Below are positions 1 through 12,725 of a DNA stretch of 64,000 nucleotides, one piece after another. A model generated the notes under the pieces. That model was not told the origin of the DNA, did not search any database, and worked only from the letters and a program-made list of their open reading frames with translations. Every line of letters begins with the position of its first letter. The stretch's first letter is position 1. Origin of the DNA: Octopus sinensis. Its lineage: Eukaryota. A program made the translations under genes and the position numbers. Location of the stretch: contig NC_043003.1 in the NCBI RefSeq assembly GCF_006345805.1, positions 62,930,001 to 62,994,000 of the forward strand, read 5' to 3'.

Positions 1-545
1 AAGAAAGTCCAAAAATGAATTTCGCTGCAGCTGTCGGCGGACGTGAACTCATTAAAATTAAAATGGAAGAAATACAAACCTATTTCGGATTGATCACCGA
101 CAAAGACGGTGAATCTAGGATAACACCACCAAACGAAATGAAAAATAAAATTAAAGAAAAGACTACTGTCTATAAAGTATACAATGTAGAGAGAAAAAAA
201 GATTTGAACACCTGGAAGAAAGCACCATCGAAAAGTGTCTTGGTGCGACTATGAAAGATATGTAACCAGAGGCGGTAAATTCGCCACAATAGAAGCAAGG
301 TTCGAGTCAACGGAGCGTGCAAGGGAGTACTCGACTCGAACCTTGCAAAGTGGAAATATTTTATTTTTACCTTTATATCTGGGATGTAGGATGTCCAGGA
401 TAAAAATTAAATATGTCCCCCCAGAAGTAGAGGTAGGCTGGATTGTAGCTACACTTCTATACAAGAGGGAGGACAAGATACAATTGATCGAAATTGCAAG
501 AGACGGGCCTACAATTCCGTCTCTTGCAATTTCAATATATAACAG
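1..545 (+). mobile_element. Frameshifted ORF1 (gag-like) fragment of a non-LTR retrotransposon, probably L1/Tx1-type
   Basis: Overlapping ORFs 15-254 and 235-594 give complex, non-microsatellite peptides (FAAAVGG..., TIEARFESTERAREYST...RIKIKYVPPEVEVGW) resembling L1/Tx1 ORF1 segments. Positions 148-209 recur at 63641-63699, so the sequence is repetitive. Clade assignment is inference. Confidence 0.5.
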
Positions 546-812
546 ACTGTTATATATTTTGAGTATTGTTATCACTAGCGATATCAAGATATAACTTTGT
601 ATTTTATGTGTAGATGTATATATATAGATGTACGTGTAATATGTACACATATATACACACATATATACATGCACTAGCACTATGACCTGGCAACAATGGG
701 TCATAATGCTAGTATATATATATATAAACACACACTCACATATAATCTTTATATATACACATATATCATCTACACATACACACACATAATCTTTATATAT
801 CCACATATATAA

Positions 813-883
813 TCTCCCTCTCTTTCTCCCTCTCTTTCTCCCTCTCTTCTCCCTCTCTTTCTCCCTCTCTTTCTCTCTCTCTA

Positions 884-935
<52 letters not shown>

Positions 936-950
936 CACACACACATGTAT
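813..950. repeat. (TC)n-rich and (AT)n compound microsatellite
   Basis: Directly visible; it explains the ERERE/YIYI part of ORF 249-971. Confidence 0.9.
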
Positions 951-1566
951 ATAATCTTTATATATACACATATATCATCTATACACACACACACATATTA
1001 TCTCTAAGTTTTGTCAGCTGAGATGACTATGATTCAGTGATGAGATCTAACAAAGTTGAGAAGTGCTTGTTATTTTTATTGGGTTGCCTTAAAGACAAGA
1101 ATTACTCTTTAACAGAATTATTTTAATTTTTGTCATCACTGTTGTGGTGGTCATGGTAGTGATCATTACTTTTTGCATGTTTTCCATGCTTCCATGGACT
1201 TGTCAAATCACCATGGCTAGAGTCAACATGTATTCAGAGGTGCTGCCTATGTAGGTGGGTCAGGACACCCATTCTTGCTTACATTGTATTTTTGGCTTAG
1301 ATTTCCAAAGCTGGACACTCTTCCTAACATCAACCACTTTACAAAGTTTACGAAAAGAAGTGGCATGGCCTCTACAAGGCTAAAAGTTTCCCAAAATCTC
1401 CTCACACTTTACAGAGTGTATCGAGTAATTTTTATACCACCAACACTATAGAGATAGCCATGTGTAGTCGACCTTGACTCAACCTTGTCTATCTGCTTGC
1501 TCACCAGCCTTTTTACAGGGTGGGAAGTATGAGTGAAAGGAACCTGAATGTTAATGGTGAGAGAGT

Positions 1567-1601
<35 letters not shown>

Positions 1602-1782
1602 GCAGACAGGCAGATAGATAGATGAGTGATAAGAGGAGCAGAGATAGGGATGTTCTGGATTCTGAGGCTGTATGTTAATTCAAGATAATCCACCATGACT
1701 CAGATGGCAATGGCAGATAAGAAAAGTCTATGCGACCCAGGAAATAGAAAAATCTCAGAGATCTTTACTCTCCAGAAATTCA

Positions 1783-2125
1783 GCACAGGCGTGGTTGTGT
1801 GGTAAGAGATTTGCTTCCCATCTACATGGCTCTAGGTTCAGTCCCACTGCATGGCATCTTGGGTAAATGTCTCCTACCAAGCCTCAGGTGGACCAAAGTC
1901 TTTTCAGTAGATTTGGTAGATGGAAACTGAAAAGAAGCCCATCGTACATATGTCTGGTGTTGGTGTATTTATGTCCCTGTAACTTAGTGGTTCAGCAAAA
2001 GAGACCAGTAGGATGTGTACAAGGCTTAGGAAAAACAGTACTGGGGTTAATGGTTGATTCATTTGACTAAAAGGTCTTCAAGGGAGTGCCCCAGTATGGC
2101 CACAGTCTAATGACTGAAACAAGAA
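1783..2125 (+). mobile_element. tRNA-headed SINE, degraded
   Basis: Head tggttgtgtggtaag...ggttcagtcccactgc; body and tail shared with copies at 12.3, 22.0, 24.0, 28.1 and 47.4 kb. Confidence 0.8.
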
Positions 2126-2196
2126 AAATATAGAAAAAAACCCAAAGATTAACCGATATTAGTAAAGTTACCTCCCTTGCTCCTCGTGTTTAGATT

Positions 2197-2415
2197 TTAA
2201 CCTTTTCACCACTTAACCATACCTGACCCCAATATTCTATCTGTTCAGACTGACCAGATCAAACCTCTCACACCGCCCCTACAATGTCATTCTAAAAATA
2301 AACAATCACATCACTGAAATTTCAAAGCAACAAGAGAATGCAAGATTAATTTTTTTTAAAAGGTGAACAAATAAACATTACATTTGACAGAATAATTTGA
2401 ATGTTAAAGGGATAA
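2197..2415. mobile_element. Degenerate TTAA-flanked MITE, possibly piggyBac-type
   Basis: TTAA-ccttt...aaaggg-ATAA ends, about 215 bp, with termini like the 33167-33394 element. Confidence 0.45.
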
Positions 2416-3808
2416 ATATTCACAAGAGGAAGCTTTTATCTTCTTATAAGGATAATCTCAGTAAACCAAAGTTTTTGCAACTCACTTCTTTACATATATG
2501 AGACTACCATATGTGTATTTAGCACGCAGGATGCTCCCCAGAGCTATTTTCTCTCAGGCTTATTGTTGACACATCTTTTATTAGCATATTTCATAGTCTA
2601 TTTCTGCCAAATTCTACTGCTTTCCTGTTAATTGTATATTTATATAAGATGCCTAAGACTTCCCCGTATTTTAATAAGATTTAGCTCAATCAACATCAGT
2701 TTAACATATACCAACATCTTAACTGCCTTAGATCGTCTTTTATTAATTTCTTCTAAATTCGTTATTTTGCCAAATAATCAATATTTGGGTGTCTTTTTTA
2801 CCTGGTTTAAATTTTTAGAAAATTAAGTAACATGTGTTTCTGAAAACCATAAATTCAAGATATAAAATTATACCTTTTAAATGTCTATATTCCGCTGCTC
2901 TGAGCCAAATGTTGGAATTTCTGTGTGGTTTCTCAAGATACATAAAATAACAATGAATTCACCTCAAATTACACCATTCATTCTCAGAAAGGATGTCATG
3001 TACTCCTAGGTACATAGTCTAAGAATAAGAGCGGATGGTCATGAATGGAATGCTTTGACTATGTATATATATGTATATGGATGTGTGTGTGTGTGTTTGT
3101 GTACCCTTAAATTGACTTCAAAAGATAGTTGTAAACAAGTCTCACTATTATAAAAGCAATGTTTTTTTATTCCTAGTTTTCTGAGGAAAACATGGGGAAA
3201 TATTACTTTTCTTGGAAATAGGGGAGGGTTGCCGACAACCAGGGCACCAAACTTCATAAAATTTGCCTCAACAGATTCTATTTGACACATGCAAATACTC
3301 AAAAGTGGATGATGATGATTATGATGTTGACAACATATATGACTATGTATGTATGTATATGCATGTGTGTATGTGTATGTCATTATTCAGTTTATTTCCA
3401 GATTTCTTGCCAATAGAGAAAGAACTGGTTTCTAACCTAGATCCAAGGATCCTTCATTGGAATTTCAACATTTCAACATCAACAACAGGGTATTTTTGTT
3501 TGTATGTATGTCTGTCTGTCTGTCTGTATGTATGTATGTATGTATGCATGTATATGTACATGCATGTATATGTATATATATATATATATATATATTTCCG
3601 TGAGAGTTAGAGGTTGGTAAGCCACAAAGGAATGGTATCTATCCAATATACTGCTTGTAGTTTACCCAATTATTAATACCCAAGTGCTGGTTATTGTGTG
3701 GGAATTTCGCAATCGAGTGTCATTTATGGGCGGGGGCAAAGAGTGGTTTACCCTTAATTTATACTGGATTTTCTTTTTTGCTGTATATGTATATATATAT
3801 ATATATAT

Positions 3809-4020
3809 ACATATTGGCCCTCGTGCCAGTAGCACATAAAAGCACCCACTACACTCTCGGAGTGGTTGGCGTTAGGAAGGGCATCCAGCTGTAGAAACTC
3901 TACCAGATCAGATCGGAGCCTGGATCAGCCATCTGGTTCGCCAGACCACAGTCAAATCGTCCAACCCATGCTAGCATGGAAAGCGGATGTTAAATGATGA
4001 TGACGATGATGATGATAGTT
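3809..4020 (+). mobile_element. RTE LINE 3'UTR stub with (ATG)n tail
   Basis: Matches the 3'UTR that follows the RTE ORF at 29.6-30.2 kb (gtggttggcgttaggaagggcatccagc...ccatgctagcatggaaagcggatgttaaatgatga). Confidence 0.85.
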
Positions 4021-4227
4021 AATCCCCAAAAAGTGAAGCAAAATCACAAGAAAAAACAACAATGTGAGAGCGTGGTACATGCAAAGTATTGGCCGATGCT
4101 CAGGGAAGGAAAGAAAAGTAGTTTTACGTGTCAAGCAAAGCTTTTTGTCAGAAACAGGAGACAAAGAAAAGTCCGAGAGAAAAGGAAGACGGATGAAAAA
4201 AAGTGCCAATGATCCACACGTGTATAT

Positions 4228-4575
4228 ATACATACACACATATATATATATGTGTGTCCTGGTGGCACGTAAAAAGCACCATTCGAGTGTGATCAATATC
4301 AGTGCTGCTTAACTGGCTCCTATGCTGGTGGCATGTAAAAAGCATCATTTGAGCATGATTGATCCCAGTTCTGCCTGACTGGCCCCCATGCTGGTGGCAC
4401 GCAAAAAGCACCCACTACACTCTCAAAGTGGTTGGCATTAGGAAGGGCATCCAGCAGTAAAAACCTTGCCAGATCAGACTGGAGCCTGGTGCATACCCCT
4501 GGCTTGGCACTCCTCAGTCAAACTGTCCAGCTCATGCCAGCATAGAAAGCAGACGTTAAACGATGATGATGATTA
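4228..4575 (+). mobile_element. RTE LINE 3'UTR stub with internal sub-repeats
   Basis: Same family; three gtggca(c/t)gtaaaaagca sub-repeats followed by the (ATG)n tail. Confidence 0.85.
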
Positions 4576-5199
4576 TATATTTAGTTAATGAGAGATGGAA
4601 GATGAAAGATATGAAAACTTTTATTAATCACTACAATATATATATATATATATGGTATACTGTCCTGTGATGGTAACATCAACCAAAAACATACGCCATT
4701 TGGTGAGAGATAATTATTATTTAATTGACACTATGCATGTTTTTATGTGCCACTAATAGTTTCATATGTTGAGAAATACCACAAACATATTCATCAGGCA
4801 TAAACTAAATATCATAACAAACTAAAGATTGAATGAGAGAAGAAAAGCTGAGAAGGAAGCATATAGAAAATTTCCTGCATGCCCACTCCTTCTCTGAGTT
4901 GAGAGGTCATTGTCTCAAAAGTTACTTGGTGCGCTACCTGGTGCTGGGACCATGTAAAACGAACCAGTGCTGGTGCCACATAAAAGTAGTCAGTATACTC
5001 TGTTAAGTGGTTGGCATTTTGGAAGTGTTTGGAAGGGAATCCAGCTATAGAAACCATGCCAAAACAGAGAAGGGAGCTTGGTGTAGTTCTATAGCTTGCC
5101 AACTCCTGTCAAGTTGTCCAACCCATGCCAGCATAGAAAACGGACGTTAAATGATGATGATAAAGAGGATGAAATATTTATACATATACATATATACAC

Positions 5200-5557
5200 A
5201 GTGAAGGTGCATAGCTCAGTGGTTAGAGTGACGGGCTCACAATCATGAGGTAGTGAGTTTGATTCCCGGACCAGGCTATTTGTTGTGTTATTGATCAAGA
5301 CACTTTATTTCACATTGCTCCAGTTCACTCAGCTGTAGAAATGAGTTGCGATGTCACTGGTGCTAAGCCGTATTGGCCTTTGCCTTTCCCTTGGACAACA
5401 TCAGTAATGTGGAAAGGGGAGGCTGGTATGCATGGGCGACTGCTGGTTTTCCATAAACAACCTTGACAAGACTTGTGCCTAGGAGGGTAACTTTCTAGAT
5501 GCAATCCCACAGGGGATTGATATAAAAGGGTAAAGAACAAAGAGGTCTTTACCCTTT
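5200..5557 (+). mobile_element. tRNA-headed SINE, second family
   Basis: A-box-like tagctcagtggttaga and B-box-like gtttgattcc; colinear with 24615-24965. Confidence 0.8.
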
Positions 5558-5573
5558 TATATATATACTCACG

Positions 5574-5950
5574 TGGAGATGCAATGGCCCAATGGTTAGG
5601 GCAGTGGACTCGCGGTCGTGGGATAGCGGTTTCAATTCCCAGACCGGGCATTGTGTTTATTGATCAAAAACACTTAAAGCTCCATGAGGCTCTGGCAGGG
5701 GGTGGTGGTGAACCCTGCTGTACTCTTTCACCACAACTTTCTCCCACTCTTTCTTCCTGTTTCTGTTGTACCTGTATTTCAAAGGGCCAATCTTGTCACA
5801 CTCTGTATCACACTGAATCTCCCCGACAACTACGTTAAAGGTACATGTGTTTGTGGAGTGCTCAGTCACTTGCACATTAATTTCACGAGCAGGCTGTTCC
5901 ACTGATTGGATCAACTGGAACCCTCGTCATCATAATTGATGGAGTGCCGT
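5574..5950 (+). mobile_element. tRNA-headed SINE
   Basis: tggcccaatggttagg (A box) and ggtttcaattccc (B box), followed by a SINE body partly shared with the 5200 copy. Confidence 0.75.
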
Positions 5951-6066
5951 AGTAATATATACACACACACATGCACTTAGACACACATATGGCATGTTTC
6001 TGCTCCATTTCTTTGTACCAAATAACACTCATAACTCATTGGTCATTCCAATGTTACAGTAAAAGA

Positions 6067-6635
6067 TATTGGGTTGTCCGGAAAGTTCATGTTGAATTTT
6101 AAAGGAAAGAAAAAGGTCAATAAATACTTGCCATTACATTTTTAATCAACTAAATATGAACCATTTTGTTGCACAATGCATCTCCATCTTTCCTTTAACT
6201 TGAAAATACCCACTTCCCAGAATTGAGGTGGTTTCATGGCAAAGAATTCATCAAGGTATCTTTTTACGTCATCCAAGGAATTGAAATTTTTACCATTAAG
6301 ACTATTCTGCAGAGACCTGAATAAGCGGAAATCTGAAGGAGCAATATCTGGTGAATATGGAGGGTGGGGTAACACACCCCAGCTGAGCTGCAGCAATTTT
6401 TGTCTGGTTCCCAAAGCGTCAAGTGCTGAAAATGAACTTTCTTATCTTCCATTTTAAAGGGTTACAAAATTAACACAGATTATAAGAACATAAATCTTCT
6501 TCCACGAAAAGATATTTTAAACTGTGCTTTAAATGGAGATGTAGTCAAATCCTATTTTATGGACTCAACCATGTTCTAAAATAAGTTAAAAGGTAAGCTA
6601 CTATAAATTGGCATGAACATTCCAGAAACCCAATA
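6067..6635 (-). mobile_element. Internally deleted mariner transposon
   Basis: ORF 6142-6414 has PHPPYSPDIAPSDF (mariner YSPDLAPSD motif) and the ERW...NGSY C-terminus. Imperfect TIRs ttgggttgtccggaaagttcatg / catgaacattccagaaacccaa, with TA on both sides. Confidence 0.92.
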
Positions 6636-7412
6636 CTTATACGAAATACCACACCATAGAATTGAACCATGTATTTGTGAAGTGAAATTCGTTAAACAAA
6701 GCATAGTCTATAAGTTTTTTTCAATAAATAAATGTCACTGTTTAAAACACTGTGTCATCCTTTAATAGTTTGCCCCACAAATAAAAAGAAAAAAATTTTC
6801 AAAGAAAAATAATACAAAATTGTTTTTACAAAAGACAAAAAAAAAGCAACGGAACATTTCAACAACAAAGCAATTTCAAGAATGTCAAAGTTTAGCACCA
6901 AATATTAACTCAATCGTTGATCTATTCAAAAAATGCTTGTGTCTGCTAATAAGAAAATGTTAAGCTAGCTCTTCCGTCCAATATAAATGATACTTTTAAT
7001 CACAGTATTCATGGTTATTTTTGTTTGAATAAAATTACTGTATTAAGGTTGAAGACAATAGAAGTATGGATGTAGATCTCTATTATGGAATAGGAGTTGA
7101 GAGACCAGAGATGAAGTGAAGAGAAAGTCGAATTAGTCAGGTCAACAGCTTAAGAACTGAAATTTTTTCTTTCAGAGTGAACAAAATATCAATATTCTAA
7201 TTTTACGCTGGATTTATTGTTTATATTTTTATTGTTTCATCACTGGACTGTGGCCATGCTGGTGCAGTACCATGAAGAGCTTAGTCAAACCTAGGCTTTT
7301 TACATCATTTCCTTTCGCTGAACAGCTAAATTACAGGGACATAAACAAACACTGATTGTCAAACAGCGGTGTAGTACAAACACAAGTATAAACATGCACA
7401 CACATACACACA

Positions 7413-7446
<34 letters not shown>

Positions 7447-7450
7447 ACAT

Positions 7451-7499
<49 letters not shown>

Positions 7500-7544
7500 T
7501 AATAGATATATATATATATATATAATATATATAATATATATATT

Positions 7545-7589
<45 letters not shown>

Positions 7590-7597
7590 TATATATA

Positions 7598-7797
7598 TTT
7601 CTTTACTACCCACAAGGGGCTAAACACTGAGGGAACAAACAAGGACAGACAAACGGATTAAGTCGATTATATCGACCCCAGTACGTAACTGGTGCCAAAG
7701 GATGAAAGGCAAAGTCGACCTTGGCAGAATTTGAACTCAGAAGGTAGCGGCATACGAAATACTGCTCAGCATTTCGTCCAGCATGCTAACAATTCTG
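7598..7797 (+). mobile_element. SINE body with ggcaaagtcgacc...gaatttgaactcag core
   Basis: Shared with 18.5-19.5 kb, 47.9 kb, 14.5 kb (-) and 21.1 kb (-). Confidence 0.75.
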
Positions 7798-7855
7798 TAA
7801 TATATATATATATATGATATATATATATGTATATATATATATATATGTATATATA

Positions 7856-8336
7856 ATCGAAATCGATCAATGGAAATTGCGGATGTGTTACCAGTGCCGG
7901 TGGCATGTCGAAACTCTACTTGTGAAGACCCGTTGAGGCAAGTGAGGATCAGAATCGAAATCGATCAATGGAAATTGCAGATGTGTTACCAGTGCCGGTG
8001 GCATGTAAGAGAACTTTCCGTTTTACGACCGTTGCCAGCACCGCCCCGTTTCGTGTCCGTTGCCAGCCTCGCCTGGCCCTCGTGCCGGTGGCACATAAAA
8101 AGCACCATCCGTTCGTGGCCGTTTGCCAGCTCTGTCTGGCACCAGTGCGGGTGGCACGTAAAAAGCACCCACTACACTCACGGAGTGGTTGGCGTTAGGA
8201 AGGGCATCCAGCCGTAGAAACACTGCCAGATTTGACTGGGCCTGATGAAGCCTTCTGGCTTCACAGACCCCAGTAGAACCGTCCAACCCATGCTAGCATG
8301 GAAAACGGACGCTAAACGATGATGATGATGATGATG

Positions 8337-8342
<6 letters not shown>
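7856..8342 (+). mobile_element. Young RTE 3'UTR copy
   Basis: Nearly identical to 29716-30217, including the internal duplication; (ATG)n tail. Confidence 0.9.
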
Positions 8343-8368
<26 letters not shown>

Positions 8369-8370
8369 TG

Positions 8371-8842
8371 AGAGTGTAATGGGTAAACTGTCGCCATCTT
8401 ATATTTTTAATATCGTGCATGTGCATTACTTCTTTTTGATTTTGTCAATTACACTGTATAGTAGGGTCAGTTGGGCACCATCATTACTGTCAGACAATTT
8501 CTGCAATCACATCACCCCTAACATCTGGCCACCTAAGTCCCCAGACTGCAAACCCCTTGATTATTATGCGTGGGGCACAGTTGAGTGGGAGACCAACAAA
8601 ACTTCTTGTAACACCAAAGATGAACTGAAGGCATGGGTTATGGCAGCATTCACCAACTTAAACAAGGAGACTATCCAGAAGAGTTACAGCAGATTACGAA
8701 GTTGTCTGGAGGCCGTGGTTGAAGCCAATGGCGATTTTATTGAATAAATTTAGTCTTAGTATTTCAAGATATTTTTTATGTAATTTTGGTAAATATGTTT
8801 GTTATTTTTGCAAAACTTAGATGACACTTTATTCACTACACC

Positions 8843-8847
<5 letters not shown>
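8371..8847 (+). mobile_element. Internally deleted maT (DD37D) Tc1/mariner element
   Basis: WPPKSPDCKPLDYYAWGTVE in ORF 8319-8747; right end ...ttattcactacaccctg-TA; left end matches the terminus of the 44.5-45.3 kb copy. Confidence 0.9.
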
Positions 8848-8931
<84 letters not shown>

Positions 8932-9520
8932 AATAAAATAGAATATATGCATATATATAAACATATATGTACGTACCTACCTCTACATGTACATATACAC
9001 GCATATATGTGTACAGGACACCAAAAAGACGTCGAACACATAGAGAGACGAAACACATAGACACAAACCAAGGAACAAGACGAGCAAAAAAAAGGGGGGG
9101 GAGAGATACAGGACAATAAGCACAACGAAAAATCCCCTTCTTCAGTCGCTAAGATTTCATCTACTAAACGTTTCGAAGGATAAATATATATATATATATA
9201 TATTTATATCTGTATATGTATGTATGTATATGTGTATAAGTAGAAGTTAAAGTAGAAGAATTAAAGTTCAGAAAGTAGGTGAGAAAAACAGCACCATGAC
9301 ACAAGTCACTCTGCTAGGAATTTTGGGATGTAGATTCAACTTCGAATGCAAAATATTGCTGATGATGCCTGGTAGCCATAAGTAGTGAACATGCTCTGCA
9401 TACACACTACCTAGTATTTACCCTCAAACAAGGTTTGGATACTGCAATTAACACCTACTTTCTAAACTTTAATTCTTCTACTTTAACTTCGACTTATACA
9501 CATATACATACATACATACA

Positions 9521-9554
<34 letters not shown>

Positions 9555-9555
9555 G

Positions 9556-9588
<33 letters not shown>

Positions 9589-9593
<5 letters not shown>

Positions 9594-10385
9594 GGTGTAG
9601 TGAATAAAGTGTCATCTAAGTTTTGCAAAAATGAAAATAACACAGCCATCTCATTTTAACAAACATATTTACCAAAATTACATAAAAATATCTTGAAATA
9701 CTAAAGACTAAATTTATTCAATAAAATCGCCATTGGCTTCAATCATGGCCTCCAGACAACTTCGTAATCTGTTGTAACTCTTCTGGATGGTCTCCTTGTT
9801 TAAGTTGGTGAATGCTACCATAATCCTTGCCTTCAGTTCATCTTTGGCGTTACAAGGAGTTTTGTTGGTCTCCTGCTCAATTGCGCTCCACACATAATAA
9901 TGAAGGGGGTTGCAGTCAGGGGACTTAGATGGCCAGACGTTAAGGGTCATGTGGTTGCAGAAATTGTCTGACTGTAATGACTGGGTTCTCTTGTTTGTGT
10001 GGCATGGTGCAGAGTCCTGTTGCCAGACATAGGGTCTTCCAGTAGCCACCCACTTGACCCAGGGTAGCACAACCTCCTCCAGGCACTTGATGTAGGCCTC
10101 TGTGTTGAGTGTGAGGTCATATGGGAAGATGAATGGAGGCATAACGTTGCCATCACTAGTGATCACTCTAAACACCATGAAGTTGACTGGATGTTTGTAC
10201 ATGTTTGGGGGACATAGCAAACACTCAGATTGACACCCAAAGACTCGGAAATGCAGTGCAGCATGTCATTTCCAAATTTCTGGCAGAATGAATTGAGTTA
10301 TGGTGTTGTTTTTCTCACAGATGGTGCCCAACTGATCCTACTATACTGTTTAGTTGACAAAATCAAAAACAAACAATGCACATGC

Positions 10386-10386
<1 letters not shown>
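9589..10386 (-). mobile_element. maT (DD37D) transposase remnant
   Basis: ORF 9714-10220 has MVFRVITSDG...WQQDSAPCHT...SPDCNPLH, with 37 residues between the second D and the third catalytic position (D to H here); TA-cagggtg terminus. Confidence 0.92.
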
Positions 10387-10453
<67 letters not shown>

Positions 10454-10774
10454 TGTATATACACAATGGGTTCCAGGCTTTAAAAAGAAAATAAGTCCTG
10501 GGGTCAAATTGTTTGACTAAATCCCTTCAAAGAGGTGCCCCAGCATGGCTGCAGTTCAGTGAAAGAAACAAGTAAAAGTTAAAAGGTAATCTAAAGCTTC
10601 TGTAGCCATTATATGTAGTCAATACAACCAAGTTTTAATGGCTTTCCTTTGGATAATCAACTCTGTGTCTTGTATCATAAAACTTTCAAAAACTCAAAGA
10701 TAATCAAATATGTTACAAAGTCTTCAAAAATTTCTGTTTCCTTTTATACTGGTTATATTACTTTAAAAATCTAT

Positions 10775-10783
10775 TTATTTATC

Positions 10784-10827
<44 letters not shown>

Positions 10828-10850
10828 TATTATTATTAACATTATTATTA
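10775..10850. repeat. (TAT)n microsatellite
   Basis: Directly visible. Confidence 0.9.
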
Positions 10851-10859
10851 TTTTTATTG

Positions 10860-11385
10860 AGTGAGAGAACAGTGCATGCCAAAAAAGTGACACTGGGGTA
10901 AAATATATGAAGCCCAGTATACCCATCATGACAACCTGCCTGATTAGGGTACACTAGGCACATGCATCACAACCATGTGTGTGCAACATGGTGATCTCAT
11001 ATCAAGATAAACAGCACATGACCTTGCTGGTGGGGCCCAGTTAGAATTTTCTTCTGGTCGAGTAACCCATTTCGCTCAAAAGGTCCCTGAATAAGGGTTG
11101 TTTAGGGATGTTGAATGAAACACCCATGTTTCCAGAGGTGAATTATTCAAACCCCAAAGAATCCCTCTCAACACATAGCTATGATGCTCCCCCACTACTT
11201 CTACTCGTGATCAGAGATGCACATATCGCCAGTCACTAAGGGTCATGCTCAACTGGTTACGGTCAAACAACTGACAAGCAAATCTGTGTGCTATAGCCCA
11301 TCTTTCATACCAAGACAAAACAATGTACATGATAACACTTCCAATCAGTTAAGATCAGAAGCCACGAGAGCCACTGCTTGGTACT
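10860..11385. mobile_element. Interspersed repeat of about 520 bp (SINE-like, unclassified)
   Basis: Colinear with 14660-15200 (gggcccagtta...gagtaaccc...ccagaggtgaattat...aatcagttaagatc); both copies are flanked by (ATT)n. Confidence 0.75.
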
Positions 11386-11386
11386 G

Positions 11387-11434
<48 letters not shown>

Positions 11435-12074
11435 GATTACAGTTTTATTGTCTTTGCACAGCTTCTAACGCTGGAGATGTACTACAGTACATTATTTACA
11501 TTATTTACATTTGACAGATACTTGTCCTCATCTTGTTTGTTGTCCATCAAATGTAAATAATGTACATAATTCCTCATCTCTTAAATATAGAACTGTATGT
11601 ACTACAGTGTCAGCTGTTCACTACTACTGAACTAAGGTAACACCCCTTATTTTTCAAGCACACTCTGGAGTATTCAAGCAGTTCCAAGCAGTGCTGTTTT
11701 CTGCAAGTGCTCCACCCTTATTGCAGCCCCTGTTTGATCCATGTACTTCTCAAGATTTTCACTCACTGTTTCCAGAGTTCTGACAATTATTTGTACTACT
11801 ACCACCTTTTTCAGTGACCACAACTGCTAAACCTCCCAATATCAACCTATTATATCTATTGACTTTTCTCTCTTCCTTATCACATACCTTGTTGTCAGCT
11901 GGGCATGATATATTTATCATCCAGCATTGTTTGCTTTCTTACTCAATTAACACTATGTCTGGTTTCCTATTCTCTATCTTATGGTCACACCAAATCATAA
12001 AATCCCGTAGGATCTTTGCATTATCATTTTTGATGATACCTTCGAGTTAATGTTCATACTACTTTTTTGCTCTA

Positions 12075-12105
<31 letters not shown>

Positions 12106-12262
12106 ATTATTTTATTATTATTTTTTGTTGTTGTTGTTTTGCATTAGGAATAGCATTCAGCCAGACAAACCATATGAAAAAGACACTGAAGCACAATGCA
12201 GTCCTTCTCAAACCATCCAACCCAAACCACCATAGAATATCATCATCATCATCATCATCATT

Positions 12263-12429
12263 TAGGCGTAGGAGTGGCTGTGTGGTGAGTAGCTTGCTTA
12301 AGAACCACATGGTTCTGGGTGCAATCTCACTCCGTGGCACCTTGGGCAAGTGTCTTCTACTATAGCCTCAGTCCGACCAAAGCTTTGTGAGTGGATTTGG
12401 TAGACAGAAACTGAAAGAAGCCCGTCATA

Positions 12430-12490
<61 letters not shown>

Positions 12491-12725
12491 ATGTGTGTGT
12501 ATGTTAGTGTGTCTGTGTTTGTCCCCCCAACATTGCTTGACAACCGATGCTGGTGTGTTTACCTCCCCACAACTTAGCGGTTCAGCAAAATAGACCAATA
12601 GAATAAGTACTAGGCTCACAAAGAATAAGTTCTGGGGTTGATTTGCTCGATTAAAGGCGGTGCTCCAGCATGGCCACAGTTAAATGACTGAAACAAGTAA
12701 AAGAGTAAAAGAATAAAGAGTAAGA
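12263..12725 (+). mobile_element. Full-length tRNA-headed SINE with internal (AT)n(GT)n
   Basis: aggcgtaggagtggctgtgtggt head, conserved body, (gtaaaaga)n-like tail. Confidence 0.88.

Noticed and set aside
5574-5650. tRNA-like sequences at SINE 5' ends
   Set aside because: A and B boxes are present but there is no complete cloverleaf, and each runs into a SINE body; not tRNA genes.
8236-8270. CTGATGA followed by the hairpin gaagcc/ggcttc in RTE 3'UTRs (also 26.57 and 30.12 kb)
   Set aside because: No GAAA or UH after the hairpin, and sister copies read ctggtgcagcc; not a hammerhead.
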